A stretch of DNA of 64,000 nucleotides from Octopus sinensis (lineage: Eukaryota): the NCBI RefSeq assembly GCF_006345805.1, contig NW_021835460.1:33024-97023 (forward strand), given 5' to 3'. The notes under the pieces were generated by a model, which saw only the letters and a program-made list of their open reading frames with translations, was not told where the DNA came from and searched no databases. The first letter of the stretch is position 1. Every line of letters starts with the position of its first letter. Position numbers and translations under genes: made by a program. Positions 50,827 through 64,000 of this stretch are shown here, one piece after another.

Positions 50827-51460
50827 CAAATATAAATTTGTATATATATTTTTTATCTTTTACTTGTTTCGGTCATTAGATTGCGACCGTATATATTCTA
50901 CATAGATTTATTTGTGCATATATGTGTGTGTGTGATACAAGAGGAAATATTAAGATACTTATAGATCGCAAGAGAAATGGGTGTAGGAGAGGAAGAGTTA
51001 GAGAGAGAAGAAGAGAGAGAACGAGAACGAAAGAAAGGAAGGAAGGAAGGAAGAAAGAAAAGAAGGAAAGATAGGTTGAGAGTGCATTAAATTAAGTTTC
51101 TAAATGCTAAATCCCTGCTCCATAGCAGATAATTGTTACCAAGCATTGATTTTCTTTGTTCTCGTGTGAAACAAGTGTACTTTGAACCAACAAAATATCC
51201 ACATTTAATTTGATATTTCCAACATACGAGTGTATAATTAATTATTTAATTAAATTCTTAATCTACCGATTAATAACAGAAATTGCAAAAATAAATAACC
51301 TAATTAATCGATTTTGGAGGGAATTTCAAATTAATCATATTACTGTCTCGAAATGCGGCGAACGTATTATAAATTTTATTTTACGCATGCGTGATGTGTT
51401 TTAACTTGACAGGGCCGGTAAGAACTTTGGGGAAAATCTATCTATGCATTTAAGTTCATA

Positions 51461-51617
51461 AAGGCGCAGGCATGGCTGTGTGGTAAGAAGCTTGCTTCCC
51501 AACCACATGGTTCTGGGTTCGGTCCCACTACATAGCACCTTGGAAAAGTCTCTATTGTAGCTTTGTGAATGGATTTGATAGACGGAAACTGAAAGAAGTC
51601 CGACGTGTATATATATA

Positions 51618-51686
<69 letters not shown>

Positions 51687-52437
51687 CGTGTGTGTGTGTT
51701 TATCCCCCACCACCGCTTGAAAACCGGTGTTGGTGTGTTTACGTCCCCGTAAAGTAGCACTTCGGCAAAAGAGACAGAAAGAGTAAGTACTAGGGAGACG
51801 ATTTGTTCGACCTAAAAACCTTCAAAGTATTAGGCTGTCCGCAAAGTTCGTGCCGATTTATAGTAGCTTATCTTTCGACTTATTTTAGAACATGGTTGAG
51901 TCCATAAAATAGGATTTGATTACACCTCCATTTAGAGCACATTTTAAGCTATATTTTCATGGAAGAAGGTTTATGTTCCTATAACTTGTGTTAATTCTGT
52001 AACCCTTTAAAATGAAGATAAGAAAGTTCATTTTCGGCACTTGATACTTTGAGAACTAGACAAAAATTGCTGCAGCTCGGCTGGGATGTGTTACCCCACC
52101 TTCCATATGCATCAGATATTGCTCCTTCGGATTTCCATTTATTCAGGTTTCTGCAGAATAGTCTTAATGGTAAAAATTTCAATTCCTTGGATGACGTAAA
52201 AAGATACCTTGATGAATTGTTTGCCATGAAACCACCTCAATTCTGGGAAGAGGGTATTTTCAAGTTAAAGGAAAGATGGAGACACACTGTACAACAAAAT
52301 GGTTCATATTTGGATTATGAAAAATGTAATGACAAGTATTTATTGACCATTTTCTTTCCTTTAAAAATCGGCACGAACTTTCCGGACAACCCAATAGTAT
52401 CCCAGCAAGGCCACAGTCAAATGACTGAAACAAGTAA
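51461..52437 (+). mobile_element. SINE family A split by the mariner at 51830-52394
   Basis: Head at 51461-51605; the tail resumes after the mariner (cccagcaaggccacagtcaaatgactgaaacaagta). Confidence 0.8.
51830..52394 (+). mobile_element. Internally deleted mariner with both TIRs and TA target duplication
   Basis: Left TIR ttaggctgtccgcaaagttcgtgccgattt and right TIR aaatcggcacgaactttccggacaacccaa; TA at 51828-51829 and 52395-52396. Encodes GWDVLPHLPYASDIAPSDFHLFRFLQN (HPPYSPDLAPSD motif). Confidence 0.93.
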
Positions 52438-52599
52438 ACGATTTTTAAAAATGTGGGGGAGGAGGTTGAGTTTTTCTTTCGGGAGTAAAAATATTAAAAT
52501 ATATAAAACGTCCGTTGTCAAGCGATTTTGGAGGAGGGAATACAGACACAAGCATATACACGCACATACATATACGTATATGTATATATATATATATAT

Positions 52600-52815
52600 A
52601 TATGCCATTTTGGATCGTTAGCCCCTACACACAATTGTTTTTTCTCTCCTTGTTTCTCTCCTTGTTTCTTTTCTGTGTATCTTTCTGTCGAAGAGCGTAG
52701 ACTCGAAACGTAAAAGACTTGTTTTATTTCTATTCCTGAGCGCCATACTAATACATTTGTTTGTTTGTACTCCACCTGTCTTCGTCTTTTGTTTATTTTC
52801 GTAAACCTGCCCGTT
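52600..52815 (+). mobile_element. ~200-bp repeat with hammerhead-like fold (variant core CTGTCGA)
   Basis: tcttt-CTGTCGA-A-GAGC-gtag-ACTC-GAAA-C-GTA-aaaga (52680-52717). Stem I is 5 bp. Flanked by (TA)n. Confidence 0.6.
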
Positions 52816-53048
52816 ATATATATATACATATACGTAAGTACCTATATGCATACATACATACATACATACATACATACATACATACATACATACATACATA
52901 CATACACACATTTATACATTCATACGTACATCCGAAAGGATGAAAGGCAAGATCGACGTCGGCGGAATTAGAACTCAGTTCGTAAAGATAAGCGAAATGC
53001 CGCAAAACATTTTGTCCGGTGTGCTAACGATTCTGCCAGCTTGTCAAC

Positions 53049-53120
<72 letters not shown>

Positions 53121-53209
53121 GCGCATGTCTGATTGTCTGTCTGTGTCTGTGTATATGTATGTATATTTATGCATAGATAGATAGATAAAGATAGATAAAG
53201 ATAGATTAT

Positions 53210-53280
<71 letters not shown>

Positions 53281-54283
53281 TGCAGATAGATAGATATACA
53301 TACATATATATATATATATATATACCTATGGCATATATGTTTGTATTGTATGCATGTGGAGCAGAGTATTTTCGTTTTTGTTGAAGATACGACAGGAGCT
53401 ACTGAAGGGCATAGAATTTCGAGATTAGACACACACACACACACACACACATTCACACACACCACACATGCATATTTCAATTCTGCTCTTACAACTAGCT
53501 GACTGTCTTTTTTTATGTAAACACCGTTATGCTCAGAGATCTTTTTGTGCTGACACAACAAAACAAGCTGCTAACGGAAACAGGTTAACCAATATTCATA
53601 ATAAATAAACGCTGTACTTTTAAAATGAATTGATTTCTGTTCACCAAATGGAAGCTGCTTCATGTTTTTTTTTTTTTGTGACGCTTACATTTATATATAT
53701 GTGTATGTATCTACGTATTTGAGTGTGTGTGTGTGTGTTTGTGTAAAGCATTCTTGTGTATTTGCGTGTCTGATGAAATTCACACAACATATTTAGTGCA
53801 GTTGATATCAAGGTATGTTGGCAAGCGGTAGGTATATGGTTCATCTCACGCCATGTTTTTGTTTTTTTTATCTTCTCTGCATCTTCGTCCGAACATCTAA
53901 ATGCACCTCATGCAATATTTATATCACAATCGTTACCGCTTCCGTAATAATTTTATTCTCGGATATGCTGTTCGTCATTCATTGCCTTACAGGATTATCT
54001 TCTAGCACGTAAGCAGTGTTTCATTTATATAACACAGGAAGTTGGAAAATTTCGACTAAACTGTGGTTATCCAAGAAACGTGTTTGAAATGTTTTTATAA
54101 CAGAAAAACAACCATATGAAATATAAAAGGATTAATTTCTGAAATATTTTTGCGAAAAATACACAAGGCAGATCAGATTAGATGCGATGCAATTTTAAAA
54201 CCCAGCATGCAAATGAAGTATGTGTTGAAGTTATTAGACCTCTTCAGCGAAGTATATTCAATTTAGTTCTGAGGCGAAGAGTT

Positions 54284-54333
<50 letters not shown>

Positions 54334-54375
54334 GCATGTATGTATGAATGTTTGTATATAATATATTATATATAT

Positions 54376-54411
<36 letters not shown>

Positions 54412-54603
54412 GATGCATGTATGTATGAATGTATGTGTATATATATATATATATATATATAAAGTGATAAAGTAAATTATTTTACTGAACCCTAATTATA
54501 TAACGTAATGTTTTAAATAAACCGTAAATGGTCTTTTTACATACTGAACACTACTTGGTAAAATTATTAATTAATGATTAATTAATTTTACCCTTTTATT
54601 ATT

Positions 54604-54653
<50 letters not shown>

Positions 54654-54657
<4 letters not shown>

Positions 54658-54880
54658 GTCAGTCATGTAACTACACACGTGTTTTTCTCGGACAATTATT
54701 TTCCTTCTCTCCAGACCTTTCTATTCCCCTCTCTTTGACAAAGAGCCATGCTCCAAATGTCATATCCTCCCCAATTTTTGCCTCTTAAACTGAGAGCCAA
54801 CCTAATACATTCATTGTGTACGACCTTTGACTTTTTTTTTCTCTTTGTTTTTATTTCTGTTTCTACTTTTGATTTGCCTA
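54654..54880 (+). mobile_element. Second, decayed copy of the hammerhead-bearing repeat at 58708-58960
   Basis: Shares catgtaac.acacac.tg, TTGACAA-A-GAGC-cat-GCTC-CAAA-T-GTC (54735-54761) and the 3' end ttgatttgccta before (TA)n. Confidence 0.7.
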
Positions 54881-55455
54881 TATACATAATATATATATCA
54901 AGGATTGAACAGACTGAACTCATCAAGGGGGAAAAAGTTAGATGAAAGCAATGCAAACGGGAAACTAGACGAAAACGAGCAAAAAAATAAAAGATACAAC
55001 AAACGATGAATTATTATTCGTCACATGTTTATGGTTCACAAAATAAAAATTATTAATTCTTTTCCATTTCATTTCTTGTTATTTTCAAAATACTCCAGAA
55101 ATTTGTTGGAGCACCAACAGCTCTTCACAAAAAAAAAAAGCACTAATGATTCGTGCTATGTTAAAATTCCATTTCATATTCCGAATTTTTTTTCTTCCAC
55201 ATCTTGCCATTTTTCATTTATCTTTGTATACTCTGGGCCCTGAACTAAAAAAACTACGCACAATTTTGCTCTCAAGAAACTGGGGTCCTTTTGGAGTTAA
55301 CTTTATGCCAGTTTCTTAGATCCTTTTCTGAGAAGTGGAGGCGAGACGTCACAACTTTATTTGTTAACCGGTTTCAATTTGTGGGGGTGATCCAATTAAT
55401 ATTAATTTAGCTCCCACGTTAATCCTCATACGATTCATTCCTAGTTGAAATAATT

Positions 55456-55847
55456 GTGGAGGCGCAATAGCCCAGTGGTTGGGGCAGCGGACTCGCGGTC
55501 ATAGGATCGCGGTTTCGATTCCCAGACCGGGCGTTGTGAGTGTTTATTGAGCGAAAACACCTAAAGCTCCACGAGGCTCCGGTAGGGGATGGTGGTGATC
55601 CCTGCTGTACTCTTTCACCACAACTTTCTCTCACTCTTACTTCCTGTTTCTGTTGTACCTTGTATTTCAAAGGGCCGGCCTTGTCACTCTCTGTGTCACG
55701 CTGAATATCCCCGAGAACTACGTTAAGGGTACACGTGTCTGTGGAGTGCTCAGCCACTTACACGTTAATTTCACGAGCAGGCTGTTCCGTTGATTCGGAT
55801 CAACCGGAACCCTCGTCGTCGTAACCGACGGAGTGCTTCCATCCATC
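55456..55847 (+). mobile_element. SINE family B, full length
   Basis: 13-bp TSD agttgaaataatt (55443-55455 / 55848-55860) and a (ccat)n tail. Confidence 0.93.
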
Positions 55848-56472
55848 AGTTGAAATAATTAACACAACTTCTTCAAAATGTCTTCTTGGCGTTTCCTGAA
55901 ACATTCCTTTCACACAAAAATCAAACTCTGAAGTGTTATGTCGCACATTCAGATGCCTTCTACTCGACTCGACTCCTCTACTACTTCTCTCTCAAGTTCT
56001 CGACGTCTAGACTTCTCCCTCTGTATCTACATATTGGGCTAGCCTATTTCATCGTCTGGAGGCGTCCACATAACATGAAGATATTGTAATGTTCAGCAAT
56101 GCGAAAATGATTTATTCCCACGTTTCTATAGTTGACGAAAATGAACAGTAGTCAACTTATGCATCATCACCTGTTCCATTGTCTTATCAATATTTTGGTT
56201 CAATTTGGGATGTCTGCTAGTATTCTGAACGTCTGCTAAGTATTCCCCTTTACAGAGAGTGAAAAATATTGATTTTCATGTGTTTTTTAACTACACAGAT
56301 ACAGTTTTATATATTCTGGAATTAATACATACATACCTGTATGCGCAAGAAAATATATGTATACATCTATAGAATATATATTTATATATATATATATATA
56401 TATTATATATATTATATATATATATATATATATATTATATATTATATATATATATATATACATGAGTGTGTT

Positions 56473-56509
<37 letters not shown>

Positions 56510-56819
56510 CATGTTATATCGAACATACATGCATACATACATATATACATATGAATAAGTATATAAATATATTATATATAATATATATATTATATATTAT
56601 GCATATGTATTAGTATATGAATATATTATATAACTATATTATGCTTATGTATATTTATATCGCACGCAAACACACACGTATATATATATGTAGATATATA
56701 TTCTTTTATTCTTTTATTCATTTATCCTTTTACTTGTTTCAGTCATTTGACTGTGGCCACGCTGGAGCACTACCTTTAGTCGAACAAATCGCTCCTAGGA
56801 CTTATTCTTTGTAAGCCTA

Positions 56820-57190
56820 GTTCTTTGTCTATCGGTTTGTTGCCAGACATAGGGTCTTGCAGCAGCCACCATCTTGACCCAGGGCCGCACTACTTCCGCC
56901 AGGCACATGATGTAAGCTTCCGTGTTGAGTCTAAAGTCGTGGGGGAAGATGAATGGAAGCATAACGTCGCCATCACTAGTGATCACTACAAACATCATGA
57001 TGCTGACTCGATGTTTGATTTTTACCACTCTTGGTACATGCACTGTCCTCAGTTTGACCCCCCAAACACTCTGAAATGTTCGTACTGGAGCTTCCGGCAC
57101 GAATGCCAAGCAGTACAGCATGTCGTTACCAACTTTCTGGCAGAGTGAATTGCGTCATGGTGCTGTTTTTCTCACAGACGGAGCCCAACT
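56820..57190 (-). mobile_element. Tc1/mariner-superfamily (maT/DD37D-like) transposase fragment
   Basis: HVPRVVKIKHRVSIMMFVVITSDGDVMLPFIFPHDFRLNTEAYIMCLAEVVRPWV...RPYVWQQ matches the KHP.SVMV...G.VMPP.FF...RPYVFQQD segment of maT-like transposases. Confidence 0.75.
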
Positions 57191-57277
57191 GACCCTACTA
57201 TACCTTGTAGCCGACAAAATCAAAAACAAATAATGCGCAAAATTACAAATATAAAATGGCGACAATTTACCCATCGC

Positions 57278-57362
<85 letters not shown>

Positions 57363-58079
57363 ACGTTACAATGTAATCTTCAATATAAGCTTATATATAT
57401 ATATACACACACATATATATACATATATACATATATACTTATATATGCGTGCATTTGAATGATTGCGTGTTTGTATATACATACATACACATACGTGTAT
57501 GTGTAAAGGTGGTTTTGTATCTGTTGTATATGTCTTCTGATTTGATTTATGCTGTATAAACAAAACAGTAAATTCTAACAATTAACAATTAACAAAATGA
57601 TATCAGAAACTATTATTTTAATAAACTTCAAAGATTAAGCAAAAAAAAAATGATGTAACGAAATATTAACGTAAATTGGATGCAAACATTTAATTCGCCA
57701 AAACTAATCAGGGTAATTAATTTTGGATATTTAATATAATTTAACATTTTAAATACTCTTAATTTAATTTCATATTTTAAAAAATCTTAAAAGACACACG
57801 TTCTACCAAGATCTCCAAATGATAATATAATATCGAAGAGATGTTATTAATAACATTTTATGATTCGTGCTATATATACTTTCGTAAACTGGTTTATATG
57901 TCTCTCACCATTTGCACAAAGTGTGTGCATTTATTTATAAATGATTGTCTGTTCTTCTCATTATTCTTGGCTTAATCAATGTTCCTGTAATTAATTTTTC
58001 ATTTTACGAGGTCATCCAGTTTGAAAAGCTGCTTGCATTTCGATGGCCCATTATAGATTTATTTGTGTATTTATCTGCA

Positions 58080-58228
58080 GCTCTTGCTGGTCCAAATTGG
58101 AGGTGCAATCTATGTGGGTGTCTGTTCAGAACATTGTTTGGTTTAAAAAGCCACATCAGATGCCATGATAGTGCTAAGGTGTTGGTACAGGAAGTGGTCA
58201 AACTCTGCATAAGGAGTAGTCAACCACC
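58080..58228 (+). mobile_element. RTE-like LINE 3' end with terminal C2H2 finger and (ATGT)n tail
   Basis: CNLCGCLFRTLFGLKSHIRCH (58104-58166), followed by ...gagtagtcaaccacc and a long (atgt)n tract from 58229. Confidence 0.6.
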
Positions 58229-58646
58229 ATGTATGTATGTATGCATGTATGTGTGTGTATGTATGAATATACGTATGTATGTATGTAGGTGTGTATGTAT
58301 GTATTATGTATGTATGTATGTATGTATGCATGTATGTATGTATGCAGGTGTGTATGTATGTATGTATGTATGTATGTATGTATGTATGTATGTATGTATG
58401 TATATGACTGTGTGTGTGCGTGCATGTGTGTGTATGTGTTACCCGACGATTATAGACCCTGTCAGTATATATGTACACAATTATGTGCTTTGACTACAGC
58501 ATTGGAGCATTTTAGCTCTTATTTCTAGCAATGTAGGCGTTTCTAATACCCTAGTCATATCTAGTGACTGTTATAGTTTTCCTTTTTGGTAAAATATTGC
58601 ACATTGTGGTTTATATCAATTTTCTCTCTCTCTTTCTTTCTCTCTC

Positions 58647-58677
<31 letters not shown>

Positions 58678-58799
58678 ACATATATATATGTGTGTGTGCG
58701 TGTGTGTACTTCGGGTCACTTCAGCCACGTAACGACACACATGCATTTATCAGTCTTTCTTTTCCTTCCCTGTCGACTTCTCCCCGCTCTTTCCCTTTT

Positions 58800-58826
58800 C
58801 TGACGAAGAGCCATGCTCGAAACGTC
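58800..58826 (+). ncRNA. Minimal type I hammerhead ribozyme motif inside a ~250-bp (TA)n-flanked repeat (58708-58960)
   Basis: CTGACGA (58800-58806), A, stem II GAGC-cat-GCTC (58808-58818), GAAA-C-GTC (58819-58826). The core is intact; stem I pairing is weak. Confidence 0.7.
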
Positions 58827-59296
58827 ATAACCCAGCTTTATTCCCATTTTAAACTTTCCCTTAGCGTCAACGTAACACGTTCGCCATATTACGCCCTTTT
58901 GACTTTTTGCTGTTTTCCCTTTTTGTTTATATTTCTGTTTTAATTTATTGATTTGCCTACATATATATATATATGTGTGTGTATGTATGTGTGTGTGTAT
59001 GTGTGTGTAGTGCGTGTATTTGTATGAATGTACCCATCACTTCTAAGTTTAATAAAGCAAAAGGAAGCAAAGGATCGACGGTGTTAAAAACTACAAGTCG
59101 CGGCCCATTTCATTTCTATGAAGTGCTCAGAATTATTAAGAAGATATCAACAAGGAAAGAGGTTTTCCTAATTTCACACAAAGCTGTGAAGTAGAATATA
59201 CATTCTACTAATAACTTACTAATATCTACACATATACACACACACATATGTGCATGTGTATGTGTATGTACGTATGTATATGTCTGTATGTATATG

Positions 59297-59332
<36 letters not shown>

Positions 59333-59882
59333 TGTATGTATGTATGCATGTATGTATGTATGTATATGCATGTTTGTACGGGGAATGTGTTAGTATGTGC
59401 GAGAGAAATACTATGGATGATCATTTGGATCAGAAACTTCACTGAGCAAATATTTTCAATATACGTACGTAGCAATGGTATGATTTTTTTGTTTTGTTTT
59501 ATTTTTATTTTCTTTTGTTTTGTTCTCTTTTTTTGTTTTTGTTTTTACCCCCATTACTACGGTTTTTACCTTTATCACAAATGCAAATATTAGCTCTGCA
59601 TTATCGTTGCACGTGTGCAAGCATGGAAATGTGTGCGTGTGCGTCTTCATCATCATCATCTTTTAATGAGATGATGATGAGGATGATGAGGATGATGAGT
59701 ATGATATATATATATATATATGTATGCATATATATATATATGTATATATCTATATACACACACATATATATATACGTATATGTATATATAAAATATGATG
59801 TACGTACGAACATGTAAGTGCGCGCTTATGAGTTTGTGTGTGTATCGATGTCTATGTACATACACATACATATATACATGAA

Positions 59883-59932
<50 letters not shown>

Positions 59933-60044
59933 GTTGTGTGTGTGTGTGTGTGTATATATATTTACATGTTATACACACATATATATACATACATATATAT
60001 ATACATATATATAAGTGTGTGTGTGTATATATATATTACATAAT

Positions 60045-60077
<33 letters not shown>

Positions 60078-60272
60078 TTATATAATATTATATATATCAA
60101 TACGTATACAAACAAGTGAGGTTTTGAAAATATATGAATTCATATGTGAATATATACATGTATCTGTGGTGTGAATAAATGTATATTTGAACAAACATAC
60201 AAACATGCATAAAAGTATTTAGACGCATCTGTGTCCTTCCTTTCTATCTCTCTCTGTCTTACCCTCTCTCTC

Positions 60273-60313
<41 letters not shown>

Positions 60314-60604
60314 GTCGTGTGTGTATGTGCATGTATGTATGTATGTATGGGAGTGTTCCTGTCTGCACATATAATACGAGCAGCATGCTACTCGGTTCTT
60401 TTGGAACCATTATGATATACACATGTACATGAAATGATAAAAAAAAAGAAAAGAATATCACCGAGGAAGCCTTCACATCATCACATCTGTTGCATTCAAT
60501 CAATTTATATTAATATATTTTCTGAGCAGAGCAGCCACATTTTTTTACTCTTATATGTATATCGCAGACGACATCTTGGCTCATGTTGTGATATTAAAAA
60601 TATC

Positions 60605-60646
<42 letters not shown>

Positions 60647-60823
60647 AGTAGTAGTAGTAACATCATCAGATAATGCTACTCCGTTGCCTTCTATTTCCTT
60701 TTCTGTGATTTCTGGCACTATTTCCCATAAATGTCTACCATTGACTCTTTAGTAATAGATTTTTCATGCCACAAACTTGTATACACACACACAAACAAAC
60801 ACACACACACACACACGTACACA

Positions 60824-60896
<73 letters not shown>

Positions 60897-61149
60897 TATA
60901 TATATACACATATATATGTATATATATAAACATTTATATATATGTATATATATATATATGCGTGTATGTGTATATATATATATATATGTATATATATATA
61001 GGCATGTAGCTATGTATGTTCCTATGGACATGTATATGAATAAAATTCAATTTACATACTTTACGTGCCAAAACGCTTGTATGTGTAGTCTGTAAGTACG
61101 TATGTTCGTGTACGTATATACGTATATGCATACATGCATACAGACATAC

Positions 61150-61198
<49 letters not shown>

Positions 61199-61262
61199 CA
61201 TACATACATGCATACAGAAAGGCAGACAGACAAACAGGTAGATAGATTGATAGATAAAAAGG

Positions 61263-61347
<85 letters not shown>

Positions 61348-61369
61348 GGAAGATGATAGTAGATAGATG

Positions 61370-61402
<33 letters not shown>

Positions 61403-61403
61403 C

Positions 61404-61447
<44 letters not shown>

Positions 61448-61818
61448 GCGTGCGCAGATACAAACACATACTCATTCACACACACACATGCATATATGTT
61501 ATATATATTCAGGCATGTAGTTACATTACTTATCCTGTGACGTCTATATCTATAGTACCATGGATCTATTGGTGTTGCCGACCATATAGAGACATATAGC
61601 CATATTGCTTCCAATACACAGATACTTAATTGTATGTTGTCGACAACATACAGAAATACGTACAGAAACATAGATATATTCCATGTTTTATGCAGACAAA
61701 TACGGAAGTTGTCCACCGTAATGACTTTTAGATGTGTTAGGTTATGTATAATGATATGCTGTTAGATAGCTTGTTGGACTGAACTATATCATTCATGAAA
61801 GGCAAGCTCTGTGTGTGT

Positions 61819-61880
<62 letters not shown>

Positions 61881-61914
61881 TGTGTGTGTGTGATTGGTTG
61901 GTTGTTTGTATATA

Positions 61915-62284
61915 TCTATTATATAAAATCCGTTCTGCCTTTCTGTCTGTGTGTGTGTTTTCTAGGATCTCGGGCATCCTCCATCCGATTGCGCTAAAAT
62001 TTGATATGTAGATAACGACGGTATCAGGGCGTGTATAAGTCTTGAAAAAAAATTACAAAATTCGATTCCGAGTGAGAATGCGATCGATAAAGCCGTGGGA
62101 ACTATCATTTGTACGCGCAGGTACATCCGTCGAAATCCGTCTTTTGCTGATGTCTCAAATTTAGGTTAAATCAGTGTTTCTCAACGGGGAGGCCTATGGG
62201 ACGGTCGGATAAGTTGTTTTGAGAAAATTTGGTTTAAATGTTTGACGACTCAGCACCGTCCATTGGACGGGGGCGTTTTGCTCG
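61915..62284 (+). mobile_element. Non-autonomous Helitron-like element
   Basis: 5' A|TCTATTATATAAAATCCG...GTCTGT...AAATTTGATATG start, 3' hairpin ccgtcc-att-ggacgg (62256-62270), terminal CTCG|T (degenerate CTRR). Inserted between A and T. Confidence 0.6.
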
Positions 62285-62367
<83 letters not shown>

Positions 62368-62635
62368 ATATGTGCGTGTGTGTGTGTTTTAATAACACGT
62401 AGAAGGAGGTGCTTTTTCCACGCACCAAAGTGAATGGAGCTTTGGCAAGGAGGAACTGATATCATCAGACGGTATCCAACGTTCATCGGGTGTTTCGACC
62501 CTGAACCTTAACACCCACTCGTTTGTGGGACAGTAGAGGTGGGCAAATCATTGTTCTTCATCTTCTGGCTTCCAGCTTAACTTCTCTCTCTTGCTCCAAA
62601 GCCAACAAGAGGCTCTTTCAGCTGCGACTCCCACG

Positions 62636-62708
<73 letters not shown>

Positions 62709-62714
62709 ATATAT

Positions 62715-62875
62715 ATATATACGACGGGCTGCTTTCAGTTTCCGTCTACCAAATCCACTCACAAGGTTTTGGTTGGCCCGAGACTATAGTAGAAGACACT
62801 TACCCAAGGTGCCACGCAGTGGGACTGAACCTGGAACCATGTGGTTGGTAAGCAAGCTACTTACCACACAGCTAC
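62715..62875 (-). mobile_element. SINE family A head half (further tail-only fragments at ~15405-15552, 34170-34230, 49340-49530, 56725-56820)
   Basis: acgacgggctgctttcag...cttaccacacagc. Confidence 0.85.
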
Positions 62876-63226
62876 TCCATTTTGTGAATAAGTATGGTGA
62901 TGCTAGAGAGAATGTTGCCGTTGTGGTCATGGTAGAGGTGATGCCGCCGCCGCTGCAGCTGCCTTCACCGCCGCCACCACCATTGCCATCGTTGCCATCG
63001 TTACTACCGCTAGCGGCGATGACGACGACGGCTGTGATGATGATGATGATGATAGTGTTGAAAATGACAACGATGATGGCGATGATAATGGCAATGGTGA
63101 CGATGACGACGACGATGACGAGGAGGAGGAGTGTGATGAGGATGAGGATGTGATAAAATAAATAATTGAAAAATAAAACCAAATGACAGAAAAAAAGAAA
63201 CAATATGAACTTGGATTTGGTCATTC

Positions 63227-63264
63227 GGTCACGTGAGGGGCCATGATTGGTCCCTTACGTGACC
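63227..63264. other. GC-rich 38-nt hairpin
   Basis: ggtcacgtgaggggcca-tgat-tggtcccttacgtgacc: 17-bp stem with two G.U pairs. Confidence 0.85.
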
Positions 63265-63534
63265 ACCCTTAAAAGTCAGCGATTATTATTCGTTAGGTTA
63301 CGAAAAGAAATGCATCGAATCGTGGCAGATCAAAGTTTTATTTAGTTGGTTGTATCCAAAAAGATAAAAGATCAGGTTAATCTAAGCGGGATTTGAACCC
63401 ACGGCGTAAAATACTGAAATCGAATACTCCTAGGCGTTTTGCCTCACGTTCCAACGGTTCTGAAAACCCACCAGCCTTATAATACAAATATTGATTTCAT
63501 ATTTTCGCATCAGCCACCAAGTTCGAGGGAGGGG

Positions 63535-63703
63535 TTAAGTAGAATAGATCGACTTCATTATTCAACTGGTACTTATTTTATCGACCCCGAAAGGATGAAA
63601 AGCAAAGTCGACCTCGACAGAATTTGAACTCAGAACGTGAAGACGGACGAAATGCCTCTAAGCATTTTGCTCGGCGTGCTAACGATTCTGCCAGCTCGCC
63701 GCC

Positions 63704-63705
<2 letters not shown>
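63535..63705 (-). mobile_element. SINE family C (other minus or older copies at ~21890-22072, 22845-22995, 52935-53041, 63800-63970)
   Basis: ttttatcgaccccgaaaggatgaaaagcaaagtcgacctcg...ctgccagctcgccgcc. Confidence 0.85.
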
Positions 63706-63771
<66 letters not shown>

Positions 63772-64000
63772 CGTTGCAGTGACAGAAATTAGGAGGAGGG
63801 CGTTAGTCTACACCATCGGTTCCAGTACTTCACTGATACTTTATTTCACTCATCTCGAAGGAATGAAAGGCAAAATTGAATTCGGTGAGGTTTGAACGCA
63901 GAACGTAATGAGTAGGAAGAAATAACCCAACACGTTGCTGTCCAACACTCATAACCATTCTGCCAGCACACCGTACTTTCTGATTCTTTTTGTTGTTGTT

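Overview
AT-rich, microsatellite-dense eukaryotic DNA whose SINE repertoire looks octopod (probably Octopus; inferred from repeat families). One protein-coding gene is well supported: a + strand cyclic nucleotide-gated channel alpha subunit (CNGA/TAX-4 type). Three coding exons (16094-16236, 39994-40205, 45665-47058) splice with matching phases (2, then 1) into a 582-aa N-terminally incomplete protein; its upstream exon(s) were not found. The rest is intron or flank filled with transposon debris: a 5'-truncated Penelope-like retroelement (RT plus GIY-YIG), a decayed Helitron helicase, a non-autonomous Helitron, mariner and maT-like remnants, a hAT MITE, RTE/CR1/Tx1 LINE fragments, and dozens of tRNA-derived SINEs. 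The best second-look items are (i) two families of ~200-250 bp (TA)n-embedded elements carrying minimal hammerhead-ribozyme motifs, (ii) three unrelated fold-back palindromes with ~106-112 bp arms and an inverted SINE pair in the CNGA intron, (iii) a frame-preserving 69-nt cryptic exon offered by an antisense SINE, and (iv) recurrent head-to-tail SINE multimers that restart at the same nucleotide. Most ORFs in the supplied track are microsatellite artefacts. All alignments and family assignments were made by eye, and repeat boundaries are approximate.
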